The notes under the pieces are model-generated. The model did no database searches. It had not been told where the DNA came from and was given only the letters and a program-made list of their open reading frames with translations. The position numbers were made by a program, and so were the translations under genes. Below are positions 56,710-63,411 of a stretch of DNA of 64,000 nucleotides, in pieces. Location: the NCBI GenBank assembly GCA_009691025.1, contig SHWB01000002.1, positions 72,300 to 136,299 on the forward strand, in the 5' to 3' direction. Every line of letters begins with the position of its first letter. The first letter of the stretch is position 1. The DNA comes from Alphaproteobacteria bacterium. Lineage in GTDB: Bacteria > Pseudomonadota > Alphaproteobacteria > UBA6615.

Positions 56710-57071
56710 GACCCCCACCTGCCGCCAGTTGGGACTAGGTCAAGTTCACGCATAAAACTGCTCAGACTGCCGCCCAGTTTCAGTTCCCTGCTCTGGGTCT
56801 TGACCGCCTCGGTGGTCACCCAAGCCAGCAGCAACCTTGGTACAGACCCGTAGGGCAAGCCCATGGTGCTTGGGGAGAGGATGGTCAGGCTGTAGTTGAC
56901 GTTCTTTCTGGTGAACTCATTGCCTACAACTTTGCGGTGGGGAAGGGTGGCTTGCACCATAGCCCATGCCATGAACCCCAAGGCATCAGCGTCCTGCGCC
57001 TTCTCATCCTCGACGGCAAGCGCCCTGTTGATCAGCAGGTCTACGTTCTTGTTGTTTAAATTTGATGCCAT
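56710..57071 (-). pseudogene. repA: plasmid RepA (RepA_C family) replication initiator, N-terminal ~120 codons only
   Basis: ATG 57071 MASNLNNKNVDLLINRALAVEDEK...LGFMAWAMVQATLPHRK...YSLTILSPSTMGLPYGSVPRLLLAWVTTEAVKTQSRELKLGGSLSSFMRELDLVPTGGRWGSIT. Family similarity ends where the sequence turns GC-rich near 56710. Confidence 0.6.
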
Positions 57072-57104
57072 CTTGCGCTTTTGGCTATGTGGGTTTTGAC
57101 TTAT

Positions 57105-57448
57105 TGTCACATAGTATTATAAAAACGATATTTGCATACTTATGTGACTATGCACACATATATTTTCATAGATCTACACAAGCCGTTGGGTGTACTGAAA
57201 CTACTCTGCCAAATACCTTGATAGTTGGCGCAGGCATGGTCTGTGACCACCTTTAAAAGCATTGCGTGACACCACCGCATTGCCCTCAGGGGTCTTTGCC
57301 CCTGTGGACTTAGCCCAAGGCTTCCATTGCCTGATGGCTTGGGACTTCTTGGCTTTGCGCTCAGGTGTCCAAGTCATTGGTGTTCCAACTTGGCGGCTTC
57401 AGCGCAAACAACGGTGCGGTAACTGTGACCTAAGTCACATATTGTGAC
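57105..57448. repeat. iteron/operator-like field of TGTGAC/GTCACA hexamers
   Basis: GTCACA at 57106 and 57434; TGTGAC at 57143, 57242, 57424 and 57443; GTGACA at 57266. Perfect palindrome TGTGACCTAAGTCACA at 57424-57439. The 8-mer GTCACATA occurs 3 times (57106-57113, rc of 57141-57148, 57434-57441). Confidence 0.6.
57201..57377 (-). CDS. 58-aa basic hypothetical protein of the plasmid remnant
   Basis: Below the ORF-track size cut-off. MTWTPERKAKKSQAIRQWKPWAKSTGAKTPEGNAVVSRNAFKGGHRPCLRQLSRYLAE. ATGA overlap with the upstream 69-aa ORF. Overlies part of the repeat field. Confidence 0.4.
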   Translation of the reverse strand: MTWTPERKAKKSQAIRQWKPWAKSTGAKTPEGNAVVSRNAFKGGHRPCLRQLSRYLAE

Positions 57449-57583
57449 CATAAGCGCACCACTTGGTGTGAAGCTAAAGCCAGATTGGGCGTGGGCTTCT
57501 TTGATGGTTAGTTGTATTGCAATACCTGACAAGGCAAGAGCAATCACTGTTAAAATGAACTTTGTGTACAAATCGGTTTTCAA
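57374..57583 (-). CDS. 69-aa signal-peptide/TM protein of the plasmid remnant
   Basis: MKTDLYTKFILTVIALALSGIAIQLTIKEAHAQ... followed by a short Cys-containing soluble part. AT-rich codon usage like the repA fragment. Confidence 0.4.
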   Translation of the reverse strand: MKTDLYTKFILTVIALALSGIAIQLTIKEAHAQSGFSFTPSGALMVTICDLGHSYRTVVCAEAAKLEHQ

Positions 57584-57675
57584 GGGGCATCTCCTTGGTT
57601 AAACAGCCACTTTATCCAATAGTATATTTGGCGCAAGTAGGGAAATTTTATCCGATGATTGCATAGATATGCAAG

Positions 57676-58377
57676 ATGACGCCGCACCTTTCGGTCATCT
57701 GCAAGGGCTGCTGGCAGCAGTTGCACTTGACGATCCCCCTGCGCGGCCGGGCATCGGTGCCATTCCGCCTCGTTGGTGTCCGGACCAGCCGCATGAATCC
57801 CAACACCTGCACGGTCTGCGAGATGATGTTCACGCGGGGCATGAAGGCCACCAAGGTCACCATCGACGCGAGCGTCATGTTCGTCGACCTGCGCTGCTAT
57901 ACCGGCCTGACGCAGTCCCTGTCGCAGGAATCTATGGCGACGCTGCTGGGTACCTTCTATGACGAATTCCCCAGTGCGATCTGGGCGCATGACGGGCTGC
58001 TGAATAAGACCATCGGCGATGCCGTCATGGCGGTGTTCAATTTTCCCATCCGCCATGTCGACCATGCCCACAACGCCGTGCTGGCGGCGCGGGAAATACA
58101 GCAGCGCTGTGTCGACCGCGGGGCGGCGGTGCTGCGTAGCCACGGACTGTCGCGCGCCGCGCTCGGCATCGGCATCGACTACGGCACGGCCAGTTTCGGC
58201 GAGTTCGGCCACTCCCAGCGCGACCTGACGGCCATCGGCACCGTCGTCAACATGGCGGCGCGGGCGCAGGGTGCCTCTGCGGCCGGAGAGATTCTCGTCA
58301 CCCGTGCCGTCTACGACCGCACGCAGCCCGACCTAGCGGCGAGCCGGTCCGGCAGATACAGCCTCAATGGCTTCTAG
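57676..58377 (+). CDS. class III adenylate/guanylate cyclase with N-terminal double CxxC zinc-ribbon; premature TAG 9 codons before the family-typical end
   Basis: VICKGCW...NTCTVCEMMF, then cyclase core VTIDASVMFVDLRCYTGLTQ..., LNKTIGDAVMAVFN, GIGIDYG.ASFGEFG, TAIGTVVNMAARAQ. Reads ..YSLNGF*APVELYAA-TGA (TAG 58375-58377, TGA 58402-58404). Confidence 0.75.
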   Translation: MTPHLSVICKGCWQQLHLTIPLRGRASVPFRLVGVRTSRMNPNTCTVCEMMFTRGMKATKVTIDASVMFVDLRCYTGLTQSLSQESMATLLGTFYDEFPSAIWAHDGLLNKTIGDAVMAVFNFPIRHVDHAHNAVLAAREIQQRCVDRGAAVLRSHGLSRAALGIGIDYGTASFGEFGHSQRDLTAIGTVVNMAARAQGASAAGEILVTRAVYDRTQPDLAASRSGRYSLNGF

Positions 58378-58411
58378 GCGCCAGTCGAGCTCTACGCCGC
58401 CTGAGCCCCGG

Positions 58412-59269
58412 TCAGTCGCCCGCTAGATCCTTGCGCCGGCGCTTGTAGTCGTCCTCGCGGGTAACGCGGGCCACCAGCGCCGGCGCGGCCACCTTCACGC
58501 TCGCGGCGGGATCGGCGCCGGTGATCTGCGCAGCCAGCGTGTCGTGCACGGCCTGCATGGCGGCGAGAGGCGCGATATGTGGCTGGATCGAGACGCGCAC
58601 GCGGTGTGCGGCCAGCCCGTCATGCGTCGTGCCCGGTATGCCGCCGCCGATGACGAGGGGCAGCTTCGTCGCCGCAGCGACCGCCGCGAGCTGCTCGGCC
58701 GAGCGCAGGCCAACGGCGAAGATCGCATCGACCCCGGCATCGCTGTAGGCGCGGACGCGGGCGAGGATGTTGGCGAAATCGTCGGTCGCCCGCGCATTGG
58801 TGCGGCCGGCGATGATCAGCCCGGGATCACGCCGCGCGGCGACGGCCGCGCGCATCTTGCCGGCGGCCTCCGCGATGGGGATCAGCCGCTGCTGCGCGCC
58901 GAGACCATAGGGCTGCGGCAGTTCGGTATCCTCGATCGACATTCCGGCGACGCCCGCCGTCTCCAGCTCCTCGATCGTGCGCATGGTGTTGAGCGCGTTG
59001 CCGTAGCCGTGGTCGGCGTCGACGAACAGCGGTAATTCCGAGCCGCGCCCGATGCGCCGCGCCTGCTCGGCCAGCTCGGTCAGGGTCAGCACGATCAGGT
59101 CGGGCGCGCCGAGCACGGCCATTGAGGCGATCGAGCCGGCGAGGATGCCCACATCGAATCCGATATCCTCGGCGATGCGGGCGGTCACCGGGTCCCAGAC
59201 CGTCGCCGTGCGGAGACAGGCATTGCCGGCGAGGTTGGCGCGAAGGCGGGCGCGGCGGCGCGATGGCAT
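58412..59269 (-). CDS. isocitrate lyase/PEP mutase-family protein (oxaloacetate decarboxylase / methylisocitrate lyase-like)
   Basis: ATG 59269 MPSRRRARLRANL....TVWDPVTARIAEDIGFD.GILAGS...LPLFVDADHGYGNALN..RTIEELE.AGVAGMSIED. 285 aa. Confidence 0.75.
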   Translation of the reverse strand: MPSRRRARLRANLAGNACLRTATVWDPVTARIAEDIGFDVGILAGSIASMAVLGAPDLIVLTLTELAEQARRIGRGSELPLFVDADHGYGNALNTMRTIEELETAGVAGMSIEDTELPQPYGLGAQQRLIPIAEAAGKMRAAVAARRDPGLIIAGRTNARATDDFANILARVRAYSDAGVDAIFAVGLRSAEQLAAVAAATKLPLVIGGGIPGTTHDGLAAHRVRVSIQPHIAPLAAMQAVHDTLAAQITGADPAASVKVAAPALVARVTREDDYKRRRKDLAGD

Positions 59270-59336
59270 GTTGGGGTTCCTTCTGACTGGCGTTTGCGGC
59301 GCGCATCCTCCCCGCTGGCTGGAGGCGCGTGAAGGG

Positions 59337-60281
59337 TCAATCCTGCCCGTCGTGTAGCCAGGCCTCGAGCAGCGCGCGCAGCGCGGCAACGAAGGCCAAC
59401 GGCTGGTCGAGCATGATGTGGTGCTGCGCCTCGGGAATCTCGATGACCGGGGCCCGTGGGCCCATCAGCCCGGCGATCCAGGTGACGGTCGCCGGCGTGG
59501 CGAGCGCGCTGCGGGAGCCGTGGATGTAGGCGCGGCGGCAGCTAACGGCGCGCAAATAGTCGGAGAACGGTTCGGTGAACCGCTCGGGGCCCATCGCCCC
59601 GCAGTCGAACTTCCACACCCAGCCGCCTTGCGCCGGCATCAGCGAATGGCGCGCGATATGCTCGACGATGAAGGCGTTGGCGCAATCCTGCGTCGGCAGC
59701 AGACGGAAACGCGATACCGCATCCTCGAAATCGTCGTAGACGCGCTTCGGCCCGTCGCGCCGGCGCGGCAGTGGGCGGCTGGCTGTTTCCTCCGGCGAGC
59801 GGATCGGCGTGTCGACGATCACCGCGCCGCCCAGCCGCTCGCCGTACAGAGAGGCCATGCGCGTCAGCATGTAGCCTCCGAAGCTGTGGCCGACCACGAA
59901 GGGACGCGGGCCGAGGCCGGCATGCTCTGTGACCGCTAGCATCTCGGCGGCCCGCAGCGTGGCGTCGTAGCGTTCGCGGCTGCCGCTGTCGCCCATGCCC
60001 GACAGATCCATCGCCGCGACGCGGAAGCGGTGGGCGAGGAAGGGCGCGATGAAGCTCCACCAGTTTGCGTGCGCGCCGCCGCCATGCACCAGCAGCAGGC
60101 CCGGCGCGTCGGCCGCGTTGCCGTCGTGCGGCCAGAGCAGATAGTGGATCGGGCAGCCCTCGACCGCCACCGTGAGCGACCGCTTCGGCCGGACGACGGC
60201 CCAGTGGAACCAGTCGGGTGCCGGCTTGCGCACGGCGAGGCGGTCGTCGGCGGAGGAAGTGGCGTGATCGTTCACGGACAC
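59337..60281 (-). CDS. alpha/beta hydrolase
   Basis: LLLVHGGGAHANWW, nucleophile elbow VVGHSFGGYM, C-terminal ..EAQHHIMLDQP. The start (GTG 60281 or 60275) is uncertain. Confidence 0.7.
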   Translation of the reverse strand: MSVNDHATSSADDRLAVRKPAPDWFHWAVVRPKRSLTVAVEGCPIHYLLWPHDGNAADAPGLLLVHGGGAHANWWSFIAPFLAHRFRVAAMDLSGMGDSGSRERYDATLRAAEMLAVTEHAGLGPRPFVVGHSFGGYMLTRMASLYGERLGGAVIVDTPIRSPEETASRPLPRRRDGPKRVYDDFEDAVSRFRLLPTQDCANAFIVEHIARHSLMPAQGGWVWKFDCGAMGPERFTEPFSDYLRAVSCRRAYIHGSRSALATPATVTWIAGLMGPRAPVIEIPEAQHHIMLDQPLAFVAALRALLEAWLHDGQD

Positions 60282-60441
60282 GGGACCGGATCGGGCGCGG
60301 CTACGGCGCGGAGGATGGCCGGCGGGCCGCACGCTGTCGAGCGCATTTACGCCCCGCGGCCGCAATGTTTGCCGCCAGCAGGCCGGTAGCGTAAGGTCGC
60401 GCCGGTTCCGGGCAAACGCGGCCAGGCCCAGGGAGCACGCG

Positions 60442-61263
60442 ATGCTGATCGTCGATTCGCAGGTCCACATCTGGTACGACTCGGCGCTGAACGCGCTTCA
60501 CCGCCAGGTCAGAACCTTCTCCAGGGAAGACCTGCTGCGCGAGATGGACGAGGCCGGCGTCGGTGCCGCAATCATCCATCCGCCGGGGACGCTGGCGCCC
60601 GGCAACGAATGGGCCGTCGAGGCGGCCACGGCGCATCCGGACCGCCTGTCGATTCTCGGCTGGATTCCCACCGACGATGTTGCCGCGGGTAAGGCGAAGC
60701 TCGCCATCTGGAAGCAGCGCCCGGGCATGCTAGGCCTGCGCTTCACCTTCATGGCGCCCTACCAGCGCAACTGGGCGACCGACGGTTCGGTCGACTGGCT
60801 GTGGCCGGAAGCCGAGCGCCTCGGCCTGCCGATCGGCTTCATCGCCCATACTGCCCTGCCGAAGATGGCCCAGATCGCCGAGAAGCATCCGAATCTGCGT
60901 CTGCTGATTGATCATTTCGGCGTCGCGCCGGTGCTGAAGGACGCAGCCGCTTTCAGCACGCTGCCCGACCTGCTGAAGCTGGCGAAATTCCCGAATGTTG
61001 GCGTCAAGCTGTCGGGCGCGCCGAGCAATTCGAGCGACCCTTACCCGTATCGCAACATCCACGACTACATTCACCGCATCTTCGACGCCTTCGGGCCGCA
61101 GAGATGCTTCTGGGGCACCGACATCACGCGCATGCCGTGCACGTGGAAGCAGTGCATCACCATGTTTACCGAGGAACTACCCTGGCTCAAGGGCAAGGAC
61201 CTCGACCTGGTGATGGGCCGCGCGCTGTGCGACTGGATTGGCTGGAAGCTGCCGGCGAAGTAG
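60442..61263 (+). CDS. amidohydrolase-2 family metal-dependent hydrolase
   Basis: 273 aa; MLIVDSQVHIW..., ..LLIDHFG.., ..CFWGTD.., typical amidohydrolase_2 landmarks. Confidence 0.7.
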   Translation: MLIVDSQVHIWYDSALNALHRQVRTFSREDLLREMDEAGVGAAIIHPPGTLAPGNEWAVEAATAHPDRLSILGWIPTDDVAAGKAKLAIWKQRPGMLGLRFTFMAPYQRNWATDGSVDWLWPEAERLGLPIGFIAHTALPKMAQIAEKHPNLRLLIDHFGVAPVLKDAAAFSTLPDLLKLAKFPNVGVKLSGAPSNSSDPYPYRNIHDYIHRIFDAFGPQRCFWGTDITRMPCTWKQCITMFTEELPWLKGKDLDLVMGRALCDWIGWKLPAK

Positions 61264-61283
61264 GTGGGCGGGCTGATTGTCTT

Positions 61284-61302
61284 CCTCTCCCATAGGGAGA
61301 GG
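61284..61302. terminator. short perfect hairpin between convergent genes
   Basis: CCTCTCCC-ATA-GGGAGAGG at 61284-61302, between the stop of 60442..61263 (+) and the stop of 61317..62222 (-). Same GGGAGAGG motif family as the REPs at 21000-21135. Confidence 0.45.
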
Positions 61303-61316
61303 CGAATAGAATGGTT

Positions 61317-62222
61317 TCACCGCAGCAGCAGGATGACGATGCCGGCGACGACCAGCACTATGCCGATCAGTTCGAGCTTGAGGATGCGCTCGCGGAAGAT
61401 CAGCACCGACGAGGCGATGGTGAAGACCAGCTCGATCTGACCGAGCGCGCGCACCAGTGCCACATGCTGGATGGTCATGGCGGTGAACCAGCCCATCGAG
61501 GCGGCGGCGCCGCTGAGACCCACCCACACGGCAACGCGCCAGGCGGCCAGCGCCTGGCGCAATTCGTGCGGTGTCCGCCAGGCCATCCACGCGGTCATCA
61601 CGATCGTCTGGAAGACCAGCGCGACGGCCAGCGTGAACGACGCCTGCACTAGAAATCCCACGCCGCCGAGAGATAGCGAGGCACCGCGAAAGCTGACGGC
61701 CGCCACGCCGAACAGCGCGCCTGACGCCAGGCCGATCAGCGCCGATCGCTGGGCCCACGATGTGGCGAGCTGACGCAGGCCGGCCGGGCTGCGTGCCGCC
61801 GAGATGGCGACCACGCCGACGAGGCTGACAATGATGCCGATGGCGGCGCCGGGCGAGACGGCCTCGCCGAGGAAGATCATCGCGAAGACCGCCGCCTGCA
61901 CCGTCTCGGTCTTGGAATAGGTTGTGCCGACGGCGAAGTTGCGCGCATCGAACAGCGAGACGAGCAACCCGGTCGCGAGAATCTGGGCGATGCCTCCGAG
62001 GGCGGCGATGGCGAAGAATTCCACGCCCGGGGTCGGCAGCGGCAGGCCGATGACCAGCACCAGCCCTGCGAGGTAGAGCAGCGCGAAGGGAAAGCCGTAG
62101 CCGAAGCGCACGAAGGTGGCACCCGTCGTGCCGAGGCGACCCTTCAGGTGCTTCTGCAGCGCCGATCGGATGTTCTGCAGGAAGGCGGCGGCGACGACGA
62201 GCGGAATCCACAGGGAGGTCAT
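61317..62222 (-). CDS. DMT-superfamily (EamA) transporter
   Basis: ATG 62222 MTSLWIPLVVAAAFLQNIRSALQK...; about 10 TM helices. Confidence 0.75.
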   Translation of the reverse strand: MTSLWIPLVVAAAFLQNIRSALQKHLKGRLGTTGATFVRFGYGFPFALLYLAGLVLVIGLPLPTPGVEFFAIAALGGIAQILATGLLVSLFDARNFAVGTTYSKTETVQAAVFAMIFLGEAVSPGAAIGIIVSLVGVVAISAARSPAGLRQLATSWAQRSALIGLASGALFGVAAVSFRGASLSLGGVGFLVQASFTLAVALVFQTIVMTAWMAWRTPHELRQALAAWRVAVWVGLSGAAASMGWFTAMTIQHVALVRALGQIELVFTIASSVLIFRERILKLELIGIVLVVAGIVILLLR

Positions 62223-62335
62223 GCGGCAACGGGGGCGAAGGCTGATCCGGCAGGTCGGCGCGGGCACGCTAGAATAGCCTCGCCGCGCGCCGGCGCCAGC
62301 GCCAAGATGCCGCCGCAGCGGCAGGGGAGGTTTGC

Positions 62336-63193
62336 ATGAAGATCGCTGGGATTCCGGCCATCGTGACGGGGGCCGTATACGGGCTCGGGGCGGCGACCGC
62401 GCGGCGGCTGGCGGCGGACGGCGCCATCGTCGCGATGCTCGACCTCGACGGCGATGCGGCGGAAGCGACGGCGAAGGATATCGGCTGCATCGGCTTCGTA
62501 TGCAACGTCGGCAGCGCGGACTCGGCCGAGGCCGCCATCGCGGCGGCGCGCAAACGCCACGGTCCGGCCGGCATCGTGATCAACTGCGCCGGCATCGGCT
62601 GTGGCAGCGCGGTGGGCGGGCGCGACGGCAGGCCGGCCGACCTCGCCTGGTTTGAGCGCGTCGTGCGGGTCAATCTGACCGGCACCTTCAACGTCATCTG
62701 CCTCGCCGCCGCCAACATGATGGCGCGCGCGCCCAACGAAGATGGCGAGCGCGGCGTCATCGTCAACACCGGCTCGACCTCCGGCTACGAGGGCCAGATC
62801 GGCCAGGCGGCCTATGCCGCGTCCAAGGGCGGCGTCATCGCCATGGGCATCGCTCTGGTGCGCGAGTTCGCGCGGTCAGGAATCCGTGTCATGACCATTT
62901 CGCCTGGCCCGTTAGACACCCGCATGTTCAACGGCATGTTTGAAGGCGCCGACAACCGCCTGCTCGATGCCGCGCATTTTCCCAGGCGCGCCGGAAAGCC
63001 GGAGGAGTATGCGAAGATCGTCGCCGATATCGTCGGCAACCCGATGCTCAACGGTGAATCGATCCGGCGGGACGGCGCGCTGCGCATGGGGCGCGTTGAT
63101 CAGACCGGCTTCTGGCCGGTGACTAAGCGTTCCATGAAATGCGCCTTGCGGTCGATCACCAGCGCGTCGGCCACCTTGCGGAACGCGGCGTAG
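62336..63193 (+). CDS. SDR, 3-hydroxyacyl-CoA dehydrogenase type-2-like, with an unusual C-terminal extension
   Basis: MKIAGIPAIVTGAVYGLGAATA, YAASKGGV, ..NGESIRRDGALRMG. The family usually ends a few residues after this point, but here the ORF runs on about 25 codons into the convergent gene. Confidence 0.7.
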   Translation: MKIAGIPAIVTGAVYGLGAATARRLAADGAIVAMLDLDGDAAEATAKDIGCIGFVCNVGSADSAEAAIAAARKRHGPAGIVINCAGIGCGSAVGGRDGRPADLAWFERVVRVNLTGTFNVICLAAANMMARAPNEDGERGVIVNTGSTSGYEGQIGQAAYAASKGGVIAMGIALVREFARSGIRVMTISPGPLDTRMFNGMFEGADNRLLDAAHFPRRAGKPEEYAKIVADIVGNPMLNGESIRRDGALRMGRVDQTGFWPVTKRSMKCALRSITSASATLRNAA

Positions 63194-63411
63194 TGCGGCA
63201 TCGCCTGATGCGCCTTGAAGGCATCGGCGTCCGTGTAGACCTCGTATAGCACGAAGGTGCCGGGCGCGTCGTTGTGCACAGAGAGGTCGAATTGCAGGCA
63301 GCCTGGCTCGTTGGCGACCGACAGGCGGGCGTCCTCCTCCAGCGCCTTGCGCATGGCGTCGGCGTTCTCCGGCTTCACGCTGAGCATGGCGACGAGGCTG
63401 AAATTACCCAC
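63100..63411 (-). CDS. antibiotic-biosynthesis-monooxygenase (ABM/Dabb) domain protein
   Basis: GTG 63411 preceded by AAGGAGGA. ..LVAMLSVKPENADAMRKALEEDARLSVANEPGCLQFDLSV....GTFVLYEVYTDADAFKAHQAMPHY. 103 aa. Confidence 0.7.
   Translation of the reverse strand: MGNFSLVAMLSVKPENADAMRKALEEDARLSVANEPGCLQFDLSVHNDAPGTFVLYEVYTDADAFKAHQAMPHYAAFRKVADALVIDRKAHFMERLVTGQKPV

Larger units (their letters stand above)
56710..57660. mobile_element. AT-rich remnant of a foreign plasmid/ICE replication module
   Basis: Abrupt compositional drop (16/60 G+C by direct count over 57101-57160, against the GC-rich flanks). Contains a truncated repA, an iteron-like repeat field and two short co-oriented ORFs. No integrase, tRNA or flanking direct repeat seen. 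Boundaries are approximate. Confidence 0.65.

Noticed and set aside
57062-57447. Plus-strand ORFs 57062..57256 and 57262..57447 inside the AT-rich block.
   Set aside because: They overlie the iteron field and the better-supported minus-strand 58-aa ORF. They have no start context or recognisable features.
56580-57700. tRNA/tmRNA integration site or flanking direct repeats marking the AT-rich block as an intact genomic island.
   Set aside because: Reading both strands by eye found no cloverleaf-compatible T-arm/acceptor pattern and no repeated junction sequence. There is also no integrase or recombinase gene.
57374-58404. Pycsar/CBASS-like defence pair (nucleotide cyclase plus small TM effector).
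   Set aside because: The 69-aa TM ORF has no nucleotide-binding domain and is divergently oriented. It belongs compositionally and by translational coupling to the plasmid remnant, not to the GC-rich cyclase gene. No other effector candidate is adjacent.
13985-58404. Explaining all lesions as sequencing or assembly errors.
   Set aside because: This is plausible only for the minority of frame changes in homopolymer runs. Substitutions creating TAG/TAA, loss of catalytic residues (PGHYA; DSSAAN), a deletion junction and elevated CTA/TTA usage in intact genes are not typical consensus errors. It remains to be checked with reads.
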